From NCBI GenBank assembly GCA_963745235.1, contig CAVUXE010000089.1:1-47416 (forward strand): DNA of 47,416 nt. The letters run 5' to 3'. Below the pieces are notes generated by a model. That model saw only the letters and a list, made by a program, of their open reading frames with translations, was not told the origin of the DNA and made no database searches. Positions 38,343 through 47,416 of this stretch are shown one piece after another. The DNA comes from an uncultured Spirochaetota bacterium. GTDB taxonomy: Bacteria; Spirochaetota; Spirochaetia; SZUA-6; Fen-1364. The position numbers and the translations under genes were made by a program. Position 1 is the first letter of the stretch. Every line of letters starts with the position of its first letter.

Positions 38343-39667
38343 TCGTACACGGCCACGTTTCTGCCGGCATTCTTCGCGGAGAGCAGCCTGTTGTCCGCGA
38401 TCCGCAGCAGCTGCTGCGTGGTGAGTCCGGGGACTTCCTCGAAAATCACGACCCCGATGCTCAGCGTCACGTGCGTTTTCCGCTCGTCATCGGTCAGCGT
38501 GATCTCATGCTCTTCCACGCTCTTTCGTATCTTCTCGATGGCCTGGACAATTCCGTCCCGGGAAGTCCGCGTGAACAGGATGACGAACTCCTCCCCTCCG
38601 AACCTGCACAGGATGTCCCGGGAGAAGACGACTCTCTGGATGACACGAACCACCTCCACCAGGGCCCTGTCACCCGCCGGGTGGCCCCATGTGTCGTTGA
38701 CGCGCTTGAAATGGTCAATGTCCAGCATCGCCAGGCCAAAGTTCATGTCGTTCTTCCCGTCCAGCCGGGCTGCCCTGTGCTCCTGCAGGTTGCGAGCCCT
38801 CCGGAGCTCGATCTCCAGGTATTCCCCGAAGAAGCGGCGGTTGTAGACTCCCGTCAGCGGGTCCAGCTCTGCCTGGCGGCGCAGATCATCGTTGAGCTTG
38901 CGGATCTCCGCGGTCCGCTGCTCCACCCGGGTCTCCAGGGTCCTGTTGGCTTCCTCTATTGCGTGGTAGAGGTTTGCCAGGTCTCCCAGGAGGACGGCAA
39001 ACATGCTGAAAACGACGATCATGAACGCGTACTCGGCGAGATAGATGAAGTCATACACCCCGTATGCAACCAGGGAGTCGTTGACCACTCCGAGGAAAAA
39101 GGCCGAAAGCCCGATGATGACCACCAGCACACCCTTCACCCGGGTGGTGAGGTAGGAGCGGATCAGGAGCACGAGCAGGTAGGCGTAGAACACGACGGCG
39201 GAGGCAATGCCCACCTCGTACGCAATGCCAAGCTCACCCTCGTAGTACGTCGCGCTGAGAAAGCCGGGGATGTCGATATGCTTTACCGCGGGCCGAAGCG
39301 GTGACAGGGTCAGGGCGGGGCTCACGAACAGCGTGAGGACGAAAAGAAGGACAAACCAGGCCACGGCAACCTGAATGAGCCGGCTTCGCGATCTGCGTGT
39401 ATACACCGCGACGAACCAGACAAGGAAGACGGAAATGACGGAAACTACCCGAAGTTGGAGATCCTGCCAGGCAATCCCCTGGATGAGGGATGTCGAATCG
39501 TAGAGGCCAATCGAAAAGACGTCATACAGGGCAACGGCAAAGCACAAAAGGGAGAAGGGCAGGTGGATTGGCTGTCTCCCTCCCCTGGTGTAGATGACGA
39601 GGTGGAAGGCCCCCACGAAAAAAGTGAGAGAGGCCATGACGAGGCATGGATATGCTAAAGGCTGCAC
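38339..39667 (-). CDS. Membrane-bound (7TM) diguanylate cyclase
   Basis: About 7 TM helices, coiled coil, DPLTGVYNRR, DIDHFK.VND.WGH..GD, RFGGEEF. Confidence 0.92.
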   Translation of the reverse strand: MQPLAYPCLVMASLTFFVGAFHLVIYTRGGRQPIHLPFSLLCFAVALYDVFSIGLYDSTSLIQGIAWQDLQLRVVSVISVFLVWFVAVYTRRSRSRLIQVAVAWFVLLFVLTLFVSPALTLSPLRPAVKHIDIPGFLSATYYEGELGIAYEVGIASAVVFYAYLLVLLIRSYLTTRVKGVLVVIIGLSAFFLGVVNDSLVAYGVYDFIYLAEYAFMIVVFSMFAVLLGDLANLYHAIEEANRTLETRVEQRTAEIRKLNDDLRRQAELDPLTGVYNRRFFGEYLEIELRRARNLQEHRAARLDGKNDMNFGLAMLDIDHFKRVNDTWGHPAGDRALVEVVRVIQRVVFSRDILCRFGGEEFVILFTRTSRDGIVQAIEKIRKSVEEHEITLTDDERKTHVTLSIGVVIFEEVPGLTTQQLLRIADNRLLSAKNAGRNVAVYE

Positions 39668-39692
39668 CTGGCTTCGCTTCCCTTGGAGGCAG

Positions 39693-39721
39693 ATTCTAGC
39701 TGCAGTCCCCGCCCGGGTCAA
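39693..39721 (-). promoter_or_regulatory. Sigma70 promoter of the diguanylate cyclase gene
   Basis: Minus strand TTGACC-N17-TAGAAT. Confidence 0.7.
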
Positions 39722-39872
39722 GCAAACAATTCGGAATCATGGAACAATCATGGAACAGGATGGCGCTTGACCATGGATCATGCCAGCCCGGCTCCCTGCA
39801 CAATCCTGTCCAGCAGATTGCCCGTTTCGGCGGCCGCTGACCAGCGGCCGGCCCGCATGCTATGCTGCATCC

Positions 39873-40280
39873 ATGATCGAGAGAATGAGCGAGGCTATTG
39901 TCTCAGCAATGTTTGAGACTGTTCCCGTCGAGATTACCATCATTGACGACAAGGACGAAGTCGTCGGATGGAACAAGCACGAGACCCGTATCTTCAAGCG
40001 GCCTTTGACCTCAATGGGCCTGAACTTCCGGGACTGCCACCCGCAGGAGAGCCTTGCAAAGGTGGAGCGCATTGTCAACGAAATGAAGGCCGGCACCAGG
40101 GACACGGCGCGGTTCTGGCTGGATTTCGCGCTGGACCCTCGGTGCGCGAAACGAAAGATCCTGATCGACTTCTTTGCGCTCCGCGACCACAGCGGCAGGT
40201 ACCTGGGGTGCATGGAGTGCGCGCAGGACATAGAGGACATCAAGAAGATCGAGGGGCAGAAGAGGTTATTGGACGAATAG
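39873..40280 (+). CDS. Stand-alone PAS (PAS_10-like) domain protein
   Basis: PVEITIIDDKDEV..WN....RIFKRP....G..FRDCHP; ARFWL; GRYLGCME..QDI..IKKIEGQKRLL. Confidence 0.88.
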   Translation: MIERMSEAIVSAMFETVPVEITIIDDKDEVVGWNKHETRIFKRPLTSMGLNFRDCHPQESLAKVERIVNEMKAGTRDTARFWLDFALDPRCAKRKILIDFFALRDHSGRYLGCMECAQDIEDIKKIEGQKRLLDE

Positions 40281-40297
40281 GGCTTCCGGGATTCGAC

Positions 40298-43112
40298 TCA
40301 GGACACCCTGTCCAGGATATTGCGGACGGCGAAGAGGAGCCGTGATGCGTCAAACGGCTTCTGCAGAAAGCTGGAGTCCTCCAGCAGGGAGCCATGCTTC
40401 TCGATTGCCTCATCCGAGTAGCCTGAAATGAACAACAGGCGGATGGCCGGTGAAAGCGCCCTCGCCTGGCGCGCAAGCTCTGATCCGTTCATGCCCTTCA
40501 TGACCACGTCCGTGATGAGAAGCTCGGGCCGCGGGCCGCTGCGGAGCGCTTCCATGGCCTCCCCTCCACTCGCTGCCGCCTTGACCGTGTACCCCGCGGT
40601 TTCCAGGACACGCGCGGCGAATGCCCGCACGGAGTCTTCGTCCTCCACCAGGAGCAGTGTCTCGCGTCCCCCGACAAGCGAAGGTGCCCCCGGGCGCTCC
40701 TCCCGGAGCCGATCATCCCCTGCAACGCGCGGGAAGTAGAGGGTGAACGAGGTGCCCTTGCCGAGCTCGCTCTGGCAATAGATGAAGCCATCGCTCTGCT
40801 TGACGATCCCGTACACCGTGGACAGGCCGAGCCCCGTGCCCTTGCCCTGGGCCTTGGTGGTGAAGAACGGCTCGAAGATATGAGTGAGGACGGAACGGTC
40901 CATTCCCCGTCCGGTGTCCCTCACCGCAAGCCGCACGTACCGGCCCGGCCTCATGCCCGGGAGCGCGGCGGTGGCCTCATCGTCCACAGAATCGTCTGCT
41001 GTCTCCACGGTGAGGGTGCCACCGGCGGGCATGGCGTCCCGCGCGTTCACCGCAAGGTTCATGAGGACCTGCTCTATCTGGCCGGAGTCCGCGCGGATGT
41101 CGCCGGTGGCGTCGTCAAGGAGGATGGCCACATCGATATCCTCACCGATCATGCGCTTCAGCATCTTCTCGATCCCGCGCACCAGCTCGTTGATGCTCAC
41201 GACGCGCGGGTCCAGCACCTGCTTCCTGCTGAATGCCAGCAGGCGCGCCGTCAGGGCGGCCGCGCGCCGCGCGGCATCGTTGATCTCCATGACCTCCGCC
41301 CGCAGCGCGCTCTCGGGGAGCATCCGTTCCAGGACGAGGCTGCTGTAGCCGCTGATCACGGTCAGGAGGTTGTTGAAGTCGTGCGCCACTCCGCCCGCAA
41401 GCCGACCGATGGCCTCCATCTTCAGGGCCTGGCGGAGCTGCTCCTCCATGCGTCGGGACTCCGTGATGTCGCGGATGAAAAACGCAAGGAGCCTGGCGGC
41501 ACCGTCACGGTCCAGGACGGGGAACACGCTGAAATCCCTGATCCTGCCCTCCGCCTCAATGTCCATGCGCGACGCTGCGGCCGTCACCAGCACTTCCTGC
41601 ATGCGATTGCGGATGCCAGCATCGAACAGGGTGGAGGAAAGGGACCACAGCGTGCGTCCAATCACCTCTTCCTGCGCCGCAACCCCCAACTCCTTCAGGA
41701 AAGCCTCGTTGCACGCGAGCAGCCTTCCATCCGCCTCGGTGAGAAACGCCACGTCCGTTGTGGCGTTCAGGAGCGCATACAGCATTTCCCTGCTTCGCAG
41801 CAGCGCTGTTTCCGCGCTCTTGCGCTCACTCAGATCCCTGATGGTGGCCAGGATCATGGACTGCCCGTCCATCTCGAAGAGCCGGTTTCCGATCTCAACG
41901 GGAATGCGCTCCCCATCCTTCCTGCGCAAGGCGCCTTCCCAGACCGCGTACCCCCGGGCGCGCAGGCCGCGCTTGGCCTCCGGCATGACCGGGCGGACCC
42001 TCGGGTGCATCGATGTCATGCGTGGTCAGGCAAAGCAGCTCCTTTCGCGAATAGCCCAGGCGCGCGCAGGCCAGATCGTTCGCGTCCACCAGGGGCTCGG
42101 GGGAGCCGTCCTCGTGGAAGGGGTGGACCAGGATGATGTCGTTGGTGCTGTTGAAGAGGAGCCGGTATCTTTCCTCACCCCTGCGAAGCGCCTCTTCCGC
42201 CTTCTTTCGCTCCGTGATGTCCAGGGCGGAAAATGCGAACCCGTTCCTGGCGCCCTTGTCCACGGGAGAAACACTGAGGAACACGTCAATGACCTGGCCG
42301 TCTTTCCTCAGCCACCGCGTCTCTATGGTGCCGACCCCTGCCATGATTGCTTCCAGGAACTTCGGGTCCGTCAGGCGTTCCCATTCCTGGTCCGACGGAT
42401 AGAGAAACCTGCTCATTCGGCCCGCAATCTCAGACTCTGGGTAGCCGACCATCCTGCACAGGCGCTCGTTCACCTCCAGGAAGAAGCGACCGGACGTGAG
42501 CCCCATCCCCGTGGAGCTCAGCTTGAATACGCCTTCCATGGTCGCCAGCCGGCTCTCAAGTCTTTCGTGGGAGCGACGCCCGCTGAGGAAAACGCTCATC
42601 AGCTCGGCGGCCTCGCAGAGAAGCGCCTTTTCAGGCTCTCCCCATTCCCTCGGGGAAACGCTGTCTGCCAGACCCATGAAGCCCCACCAGGATCCTCCCA
42701 CGCGGACAGGCACGTGGAGAACGGAAAGAGCCCCGGGGGGCTCACCGATGGCGCGCACTCCCGGCGGCAGGGCGAGCGCGGATCCCTGGTAGCTGTCACC
42801 GCGTGACAGGGCGTCGTGCATGGAAAGAAAGTCACCCGTGTAAGAGATCCGCCGGGACGGGGGATTTGCGACGTGCGGTTCCCTCCCAGGAGCGTAGGCC
42901 TCACACGTCAACCGCGCCCACAGTCCCGACTCCTTGTCGGTGAAGTTTTCGAAGACGTAGGCGCGGCCGGCGCCGACAGTGGACAGGATGTGGGCCAAAG
43001 CGCTTTCAGCCGCATGCGGTCCGCCTTCCAGGAGAGAGCGAGAGAACGCGGTGATTGCCCGCTGGTGGCTGGCAATTGCCTGCAGCTCACCCTCTTCTCT
43101 GTCGAAACCCAC
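40298..43112 (-). CDS. Hybrid sensor histidine kinase (GAF, 3x PAS, HisKA, HATPase, REC; frameshift near 42000)
   Basis: RAYVFEN...WWGFMG (GAF); AGGVAHDFNNLL; NLAVNARDAM; FEPFFTTK..GKGTGLGL; LITDVVM; FLQKPF. Confidence 0.92.
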
Positions 43113-43156
43113 GCCGGCATAGTACCACGAGGGGACCGCCGGGAAGAAGGTTCCCC

Positions 43157-43663
43157 TCAGTGCCCAGGGACAAGCGGCTTGGCAAGAAACAGGGCCCTCC
43201 CCGCGGCCTCCTGGTAGATTGCCGTGGCAAAGCCCGCGGCCGCGTACAGCTTCCGCGCGGGATGGTTGTTCTCCAGCACCTCCAGGGTGAGCTTGCAGCA
43301 GCCCAGGGAGCGAGCCTTGCGCTCCACTTCGGAGAGCAGCCTGCCCCCGACTCCCTTTCCCCTGGCTTCGGGCAACACGGCGAGGTCATGAATGTTGATG
43401 AGCGGCCGCGCGGCAAAGGTGGAGAACCCCAGGAAGCACACGGCTATTCCCACCGCGCTTTTTCCCTCCCAAGCAAGGAAGATGAGCGTGGTCGGGTGCT
43501 TTTGAAGCCCGGGCACAAGCGCCTCCCTCACGTCGGGAGGCAAGGGTTTCCCGTTGCCCATGGGATCCACGGAGTAGGCGTTGATCAGATCCAGGACTGC
43601 GCGCCGATCTTCCGCGAGGTCCAGATCAGCTTGCCGGATTTCGATGGACGGGGAGGAGCGCAT
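43157..43663 (-). CDS. GNAT family N-acetyltransferase
   Basis: GFSTFAARPLINIHDLAV...RGKGVG..LL; CKLTLEVLENN..A..LY...GF. Confidence 0.92.
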   Translation of the reverse strand: MRSSPSIEIRQADLDLAEDRRAVLDLINAYSVDPMGNGKPLPPDVREALVPGLQKHPTTLIFLAWEGKSAVGIAVCFLGFSTFAARPLINIHDLAVLPEARGKGVGGRLLSEVERKARSLGCCKLTLEVLENNHPARKLYAAAGFATAIYQEAAGRALFLAKPLVPGH

Positions 43664-43890
43664 GCGCAGACAACAGCACCTCGACATGGCCGCGGGTAAA
43701 GGGGGCGGGGAGTTTAAACCGAGGCATCTGTACGGCCCGCTGTCAGCGCGACGTCCGTGCGGCCCCGCGCGGCTTCCCGTCCGCGCGACGTCCCCGCGTG
43801 TCTGTGCGCGTCCCCTCAGCTCCCAGTCGGCGCGACCTCCCCTCAGCTCGCCTCCCTTGTCTCCGCCCGCCCCGTGATGTACGTTTTGGC

Positions 43891-45318
43891 GTGGAAAAGC
43901 GTATGCGCGCCGCCGCCAAACAGACGTCCGTACGAAAACCAAAGCCCGCCTTGCTCCCTCCGGCAGGCACCATCCACAAATCGATCCAGCTCCTCCAGAC
44001 AGCGCTGGATGAGCTTGGCGCTGTCATGGCTCTTTCCGAAGTTGAGCACATCGCAATCCTGATCAACGAGGCCATGACCGCCGAAGCGCGCAGCTTCCAC
44101 ACCCCGGAGCACGTCTTCAACCTGGTGGATCCCGGCAACCCGTACATGACGCTGGCCGCGCTTTTCCACGACCTTGTGTATTACCAGGTGGACCACGGGT
44201 TCATTCCCCAGATCCGGGGGGCCCTGGAGCCCAGCATAGAGCCCTGGGACGGAGGCCTGAGGCTGCGGCCAGGCGTCCAGGAAAGCGACAGGCAGCTTCA
44301 CCTGTGCATGGCGGTCTTCGACGTGAAAGCGGGACAGAAGCTTGCGCCCTTCGGCGGAATGAACGAGTTCCTGAGCGCGCTGGTCATGGCGAGAAAGCTC
44401 GGCGCCGTGGTGAAGGAACAGGACCTGATCCTTTCCACCGCATGCATCGAAATGACCATCCCGTTTCGCCCGCGTGATCCCAACGGCGTCACCCCAGCCG
44501 AACGGTTGGACAAGCGCCTCAAAGCCGCAAACCGAGATCTTGGCCTGGGGCTGGACGAGCAGAGAATCGAGCAGGCGGTCCGATGGGCGGCCACGTTTGC
44601 AAACCGAGACGTGGCCAACTTCGGGGAGCGGGATGTGACCAGGTTCCTGGACAACACGTGGAAGCTGCTTCCTGAGACAAACCCCTCCCTGCGCACGCTG
44701 GGCGTCTACTCCATAAGGAGCTACCGCGAGGCCCTTCAGAAGATGGAAGGGTTCCTCAGGTCCCTGGACCCCGCCACCATTTTTGCCCAGTACGGCGGCG
44801 CCCCGCCTGATGCGGAATATCACCGGATGCGGCAAAGGGGGGAACGAAACGTCTCCACGGCGCGGGAGTACCTTGGCATCAAGCTTCTTACCGCAGCCAT
44901 CCTGGAGGCGCTTGCGGAGATCAGCGGCGGAGACGCACCCGTGTCTCTTTTCATGGGCGACATCGAGGCAAAGCAGAGAGGAAGCAGGCTGGAGGATTAC
45001 CTCCCGGAGGACAAGCCCCCTGTCAGCCTTCACCTGGACAAGACCCTGCACGACCTCCTGGCTTACGGGCGTGCGAGCGCTTCCAGCTTCGATCTCCAGA
45101 ACTCGCCACTGTCTCTTTTCATCTACCAGCACCTGGGCGCTGACGGCTTTCGAGACCTGCTTGGCGCCGCGCGGGTGATGTTCCAGGGCGGTCCCCCCCG
45201 CGCTTTTCTCGATGCGCTTCCCAGTGGTATGATCAGCGTGATCGCTGAAGGCTGTGCGCGCATGGCCTTCACGCGTGCAAAAGACTTGCGCGCCTACGCG
45301 GCGTCGCGCCGCTCCTGA
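43891..45318 (+). CDS. Uncharacterised HD-superfamily-like protein
   Basis: RSFHTPEH...LAALFHDLVY...NEFLSA...IEMTIPF...ANRDVANF. Start GTG 43891 or ATG 43903. Confidence 0.75.
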   Translation: MEKRMRAAAKQTSVRKPKPALLPPAGTIHKSIQLLQTALDELGAVMALSEVEHIAILINEAMTAEARSFHTPEHVFNLVDPGNPYMTLAALFHDLVYYQVDHGFIPQIRGALEPSIEPWDGGLRLRPGVQESDRQLHLCMAVFDVKAGQKLAPFGGMNEFLSALVMARKLGAVVKEQDLILSTACIEMTIPFRPRDPNGVTPAERLDKRLKAANRDLGLGLDEQRIEQAVRWAATFANRDVANFGERDVTRFLDNTWKLLPETNPSLRTLGVYSIRSYREALQKMEGFLRSLDPATIFAQYGGAPPDAEYHRMRQRGERNVSTAREYLGIKLLTAAILEALAEISGGDAPVSLFMGDIEAKQRGSRLEDYLPEDKPPVSLHLDKTLHDLLAYGRASASSFDLQNSPLSLFIYQHLGADGFRDLLGAARVMFQGGPPRAFLDALPSGMISVIAEGCARMAFTRAKDLRAYAASRRS

Positions 45319-45342
45319 GGATCAGCCTAGGCAACTCGAAAC

Positions 45343-46530
45343 ATGACAAGAACAATGACCCTTTTCTGCGCCGCCCTGGCCACCGCCTTACTGGCCACGT
45401 GCTCGGGGAAAACTGCATCAGCGCAGCAGGCGCGCACCCCCGCCAGGCATGTTCACATGGCCTTTCAAACGTGGATGGCAGTGGGAAGAAAGACACGCGG
45501 CGTGAAGACAGCCAGTGATCCCGTGGCTGCGCGAAAGCCCGCAGCGGATTTCTGGCCCACGCTGGGATGGCGCACCTCCAGCCCGGAGGACCAGGACATG
45601 GACGGGGTGAGGCTCCAGGCGGCGCTTGACTCCGCCAGGATGCAGGGGCTCACCCTCCACGGAGTGCTCGTGATCAGGCATGGCTACATCGTCCTGGAGA
45701 GGTACTTCGGTGACTACGATGAAACCTCCGGCCACTCCCTCTACTCCTGCACCAAGAGCTTCATCTCAGCGCTTGTCGGCATTGCGGTCTCCCAGAAGCT
45801 CATCCCTGACCTCACCCGGACGGTCGTGAGCTTCTTCCCGGACAAGACCTTCGCGGGAGACGGGGAAGGCTCATCCAAGCGCGCAATGACGGTGGAGAAC
45901 CTCCTGACCATGAGCTCGGGGCTGGATTGGGATGAGGAGGATGCGACCTACGACCGGATGTATGCGACCTCCCGGGATTGGGTGAAGTTCGTCCTGGACA
46001 TCCCCATGGCGGACAAGCCGGGGCTCAGCTTCAACTACAGCTCGGGAAACTCCCACCTCCTCTCGGCAATCATCCAGAAGGCAAGCGGTGAGAACACCTA
46101 TGACTATGCGCGTACCAACCTCTTTGGCCCCCTGGGAATCAAGGACCCGGCGTGGGAGCGGGACCCTTCGGGCATCCCCATTGGCGGCTGGGGCCTGACT
46201 CTCACCCCGCGGGACATGGCCAAGCTCGGCTTTCTCTACCTCCATCAGGGGATGTGGGAGGGAAAGCAGATGGTGCCCGCAAGCTGGGTCCGTGACTCAA
46301 CGCAGCCCCACATACGGGCGGGTGACGGCTGGGACTACGGCTACCAGTGGTGGGTGGACCCCTCCCAATCCTTTTTTGCCGCCATTGGCCGCTACGGGCA
46401 ATGCATCATCGTGGTCCCCAAGCTGGACATGGTGGTTGTGTTCACGGCGCACATCGAGGACACCGATCCCGAGACCGAGCTGCTGCAGAAGTACATCATC
46501 CCGGCGTGTACGCCACTCAGGCCGAAGTAG
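45343..46530 (+). CDS. Serine hydrolase, beta-lactamase/AmpC-like family; probable lipoprotein
   Basis: LLATC lipobox-like; SCTK (SxxK); LLTMSSG; FNYSSG; RDMAKLG.LYL; YGYQWW. Confidence 0.92.
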   Translation: MTRTMTLFCAALATALLATCSGKTASAQQARTPARHVHMAFQTWMAVGRKTRGVKTASDPVAARKPAADFWPTLGWRTSSPEDQDMDGVRLQAALDSARMQGLTLHGVLVIRHGYIVLERYFGDYDETSGHSLYSCTKSFISALVGIAVSQKLIPDLTRTVVSFFPDKTFAGDGEGSSKRAMTVENLLTMSSGLDWDEEDATYDRMYATSRDWVKFVLDIPMADKPGLSFNYSSGNSHLLSAIIQKASGENTYDYARTNLFGPLGIKDPAWERDPSGIPIGGWGLTLTPRDMAKLGFLYLHQGMWEGKQMVPASWVRDSTQPHIRAGDGWDYGYQWWVDPSQSFFAAIGRYGQCIIVVPKLDMVVVFTAHIEDTDPETELLQKYIIPACTPLRPK

Positions 46531-46757
46531 CCGGCGCGGGCAGGCGACCCGGTAGGGGGAGCACGGCCCGCCTGGAGAGAAGCTGCGCGCTCTGGGGCCC
46601 CCGCGTCGCTTTCCGCGGCTCCCCCTCGCTTCGGCCTCCTCGGCTCGCTCCGCGAGCCTGCGGGGTCCTCCGCTACCCCCACTCTCGCATGATCGGCTGT
46701 TGCGCAGAGAGAAGCTCGAGTTGCCGCCGCCTTTTTCGGCCCGCGGCCGATACCCTA

Positions 46758-46813
46758 TTGCTTTTTTTTAATGGCACGCTACTGTTTCAGTATCAAGCTA
46801 CTTATTAAGTAGC
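46758..46813 (+). promoter_or_regulatory. Promoter with two tandem palindromic operators
   Basis: TTGCTT-N16-TACTGT; GCTACTG-TTT-CAGTATC (46778-46794) and perfect GCTACTTA-T-TAAGTAGC (46797-46813). Confidence 0.75.
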
Positions 46814-46839
46814 GCATCCGCGACACAGGAGGCAAAGCC

Positions 46840-47036
46840 ATGCCGGTCATTCAGGTAACCATGACGAAGAGCAGCGTAGAGACAAGAGGGCGCTCATCGA
46901 ACGGCTGACCGCCGACGCGATCGAGATCACCAAGATCCCGGCGTCGGAGTTCACCGTCCTCATCCACGAGCTCGAGCGGGAGAGCATCGGGCGCAGCGGC
47001 AGGACCTGCGCCGACATCATGGCAGAGATGAAGTAG
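46840..47036 (+). CDS. 4-oxalocrotonate tautomerase family protein (frameshifted, absent from the ORF track)
   Basis: AGGAGG RBS; MPVIQVTM...KRALIERLTADAIEITKIPASEFTVLIHELERESIGRSG; N-terminal catalytic Pro. Confidence 0.85.
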
Positions 47037-47043
47037 CCGCCCC

Positions 47044-47379
47044 ATGGCCATTCCGAAGCCCGGAAAGCCCGTCCGGGGATCCACAACCGGAGCGCCGATC
47101 ATGGCGCTCTTCGACCTCCTCGGACGGCGCTGGGCCATGGGCATCGTCTGGAACCTTGCCGCGGGGCCCGTGACCTTCAGGGCCCTGCAGGCCCTCCGCG
47201 GTCGCAAGAGCGGGACCATCTCGCCCTCGATCCTCAACGCGCGCCTCAAGGACCTGCAGGAAGCCAGGCTCGTGGAGAGGACCCTTGAGGGCTACGTGTT
47301 GACCGAACTGGGTCGGGAGTTGTTTACCCTCATCGAGCCCCTGGATGCGTATTCCCTGAAATGGGGGAAGGCCCTCTAG
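47044..47379 (+). CDS. HxlR (MarR/DUF24) family transcriptional regulator
   Basis: PIMALFDLLGRRWAMGIVW.L...P.TFR.LQ; ISPSILNARLKDL; Y.LTELG. Confidence 0.92.
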   Translation: MAIPKPGKPVRGSTTGAPIMALFDLLGRRWAMGIVWNLAAGPVTFRALQALRGRKSGTISPSILNARLKDLQEARLVERTLEGYVLTELGRELFTLIEPLDAYSLKWGKAL

Positions 47380-47416
47380 CGGGCGCCCGCGGCGGACCAA
47401 GCGCTTGGAGGATTGT

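Noticed and set aside
43740-43870. Degenerate GCGCGACGTCC / TCCCCTCAGCTC repeats
   Set aside because: Irregular spacing and low complexity; no structure or function could be supported.
45343-46530. True AmpC beta-lactamase resistance gene
   Set aside because: It has SxxK but YSS instead of YxN and no KTG triad; better called a generic serine hydrolase.
785-47036. Frameshifts in roughly 15 genes as mass pseudogenisation or programmed frameshifting
   Set aside because: The breaks are small indels with both halves well conserved, no clear in-frame nonsense decay and no shared slippery motif; most consistent with long-read errors. Only reads can settle individual cases.

Overview
A GC-rich bacterial window whose bulk (about 1,390-47,416) looks Spirochaetota-like, inferred from spirochaete-type lipoboxes and envelope protein architectures. 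It carries accessory genes for envelope biogenesis, efflux, detoxification, sugar metabolism and signalling. These include an outer-membrane protein operon, a LolCDE/LolA-like export operon, TolC-MacAB, a heterodimeric ABC exporter, pfkB-gatZ, three MFS transporters, a TetR cluster, a GGDEF protein, a PAS protein, a hybrid kinase, an HD-like protein and a tautomerase-HxlR pair. The first ~1.4 kb is a different mosaic: a group II intron-like structured fragment, a PD-(D/E)XK remnant and a planctomycete-style FGE/CLec gene, joined mid-gene to the rest (chimera or recombination). About 15 genes are split by small indels, most likely long-read errors. No CRISPR array, rRNA, canonical tRNA or transposase was seen. 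The best leads are an 88-nt tRNA-like, switch-capable element abutting the pfkB start, an uncharacterised HD/PDE-like protein beside a diguanylate cyclase, an autoregulated Lol-like export system, a stand-alone FliG-C-like protein and a recurring leaderless-promoter pattern. All family calls are from motif recognition; no database searches were run.
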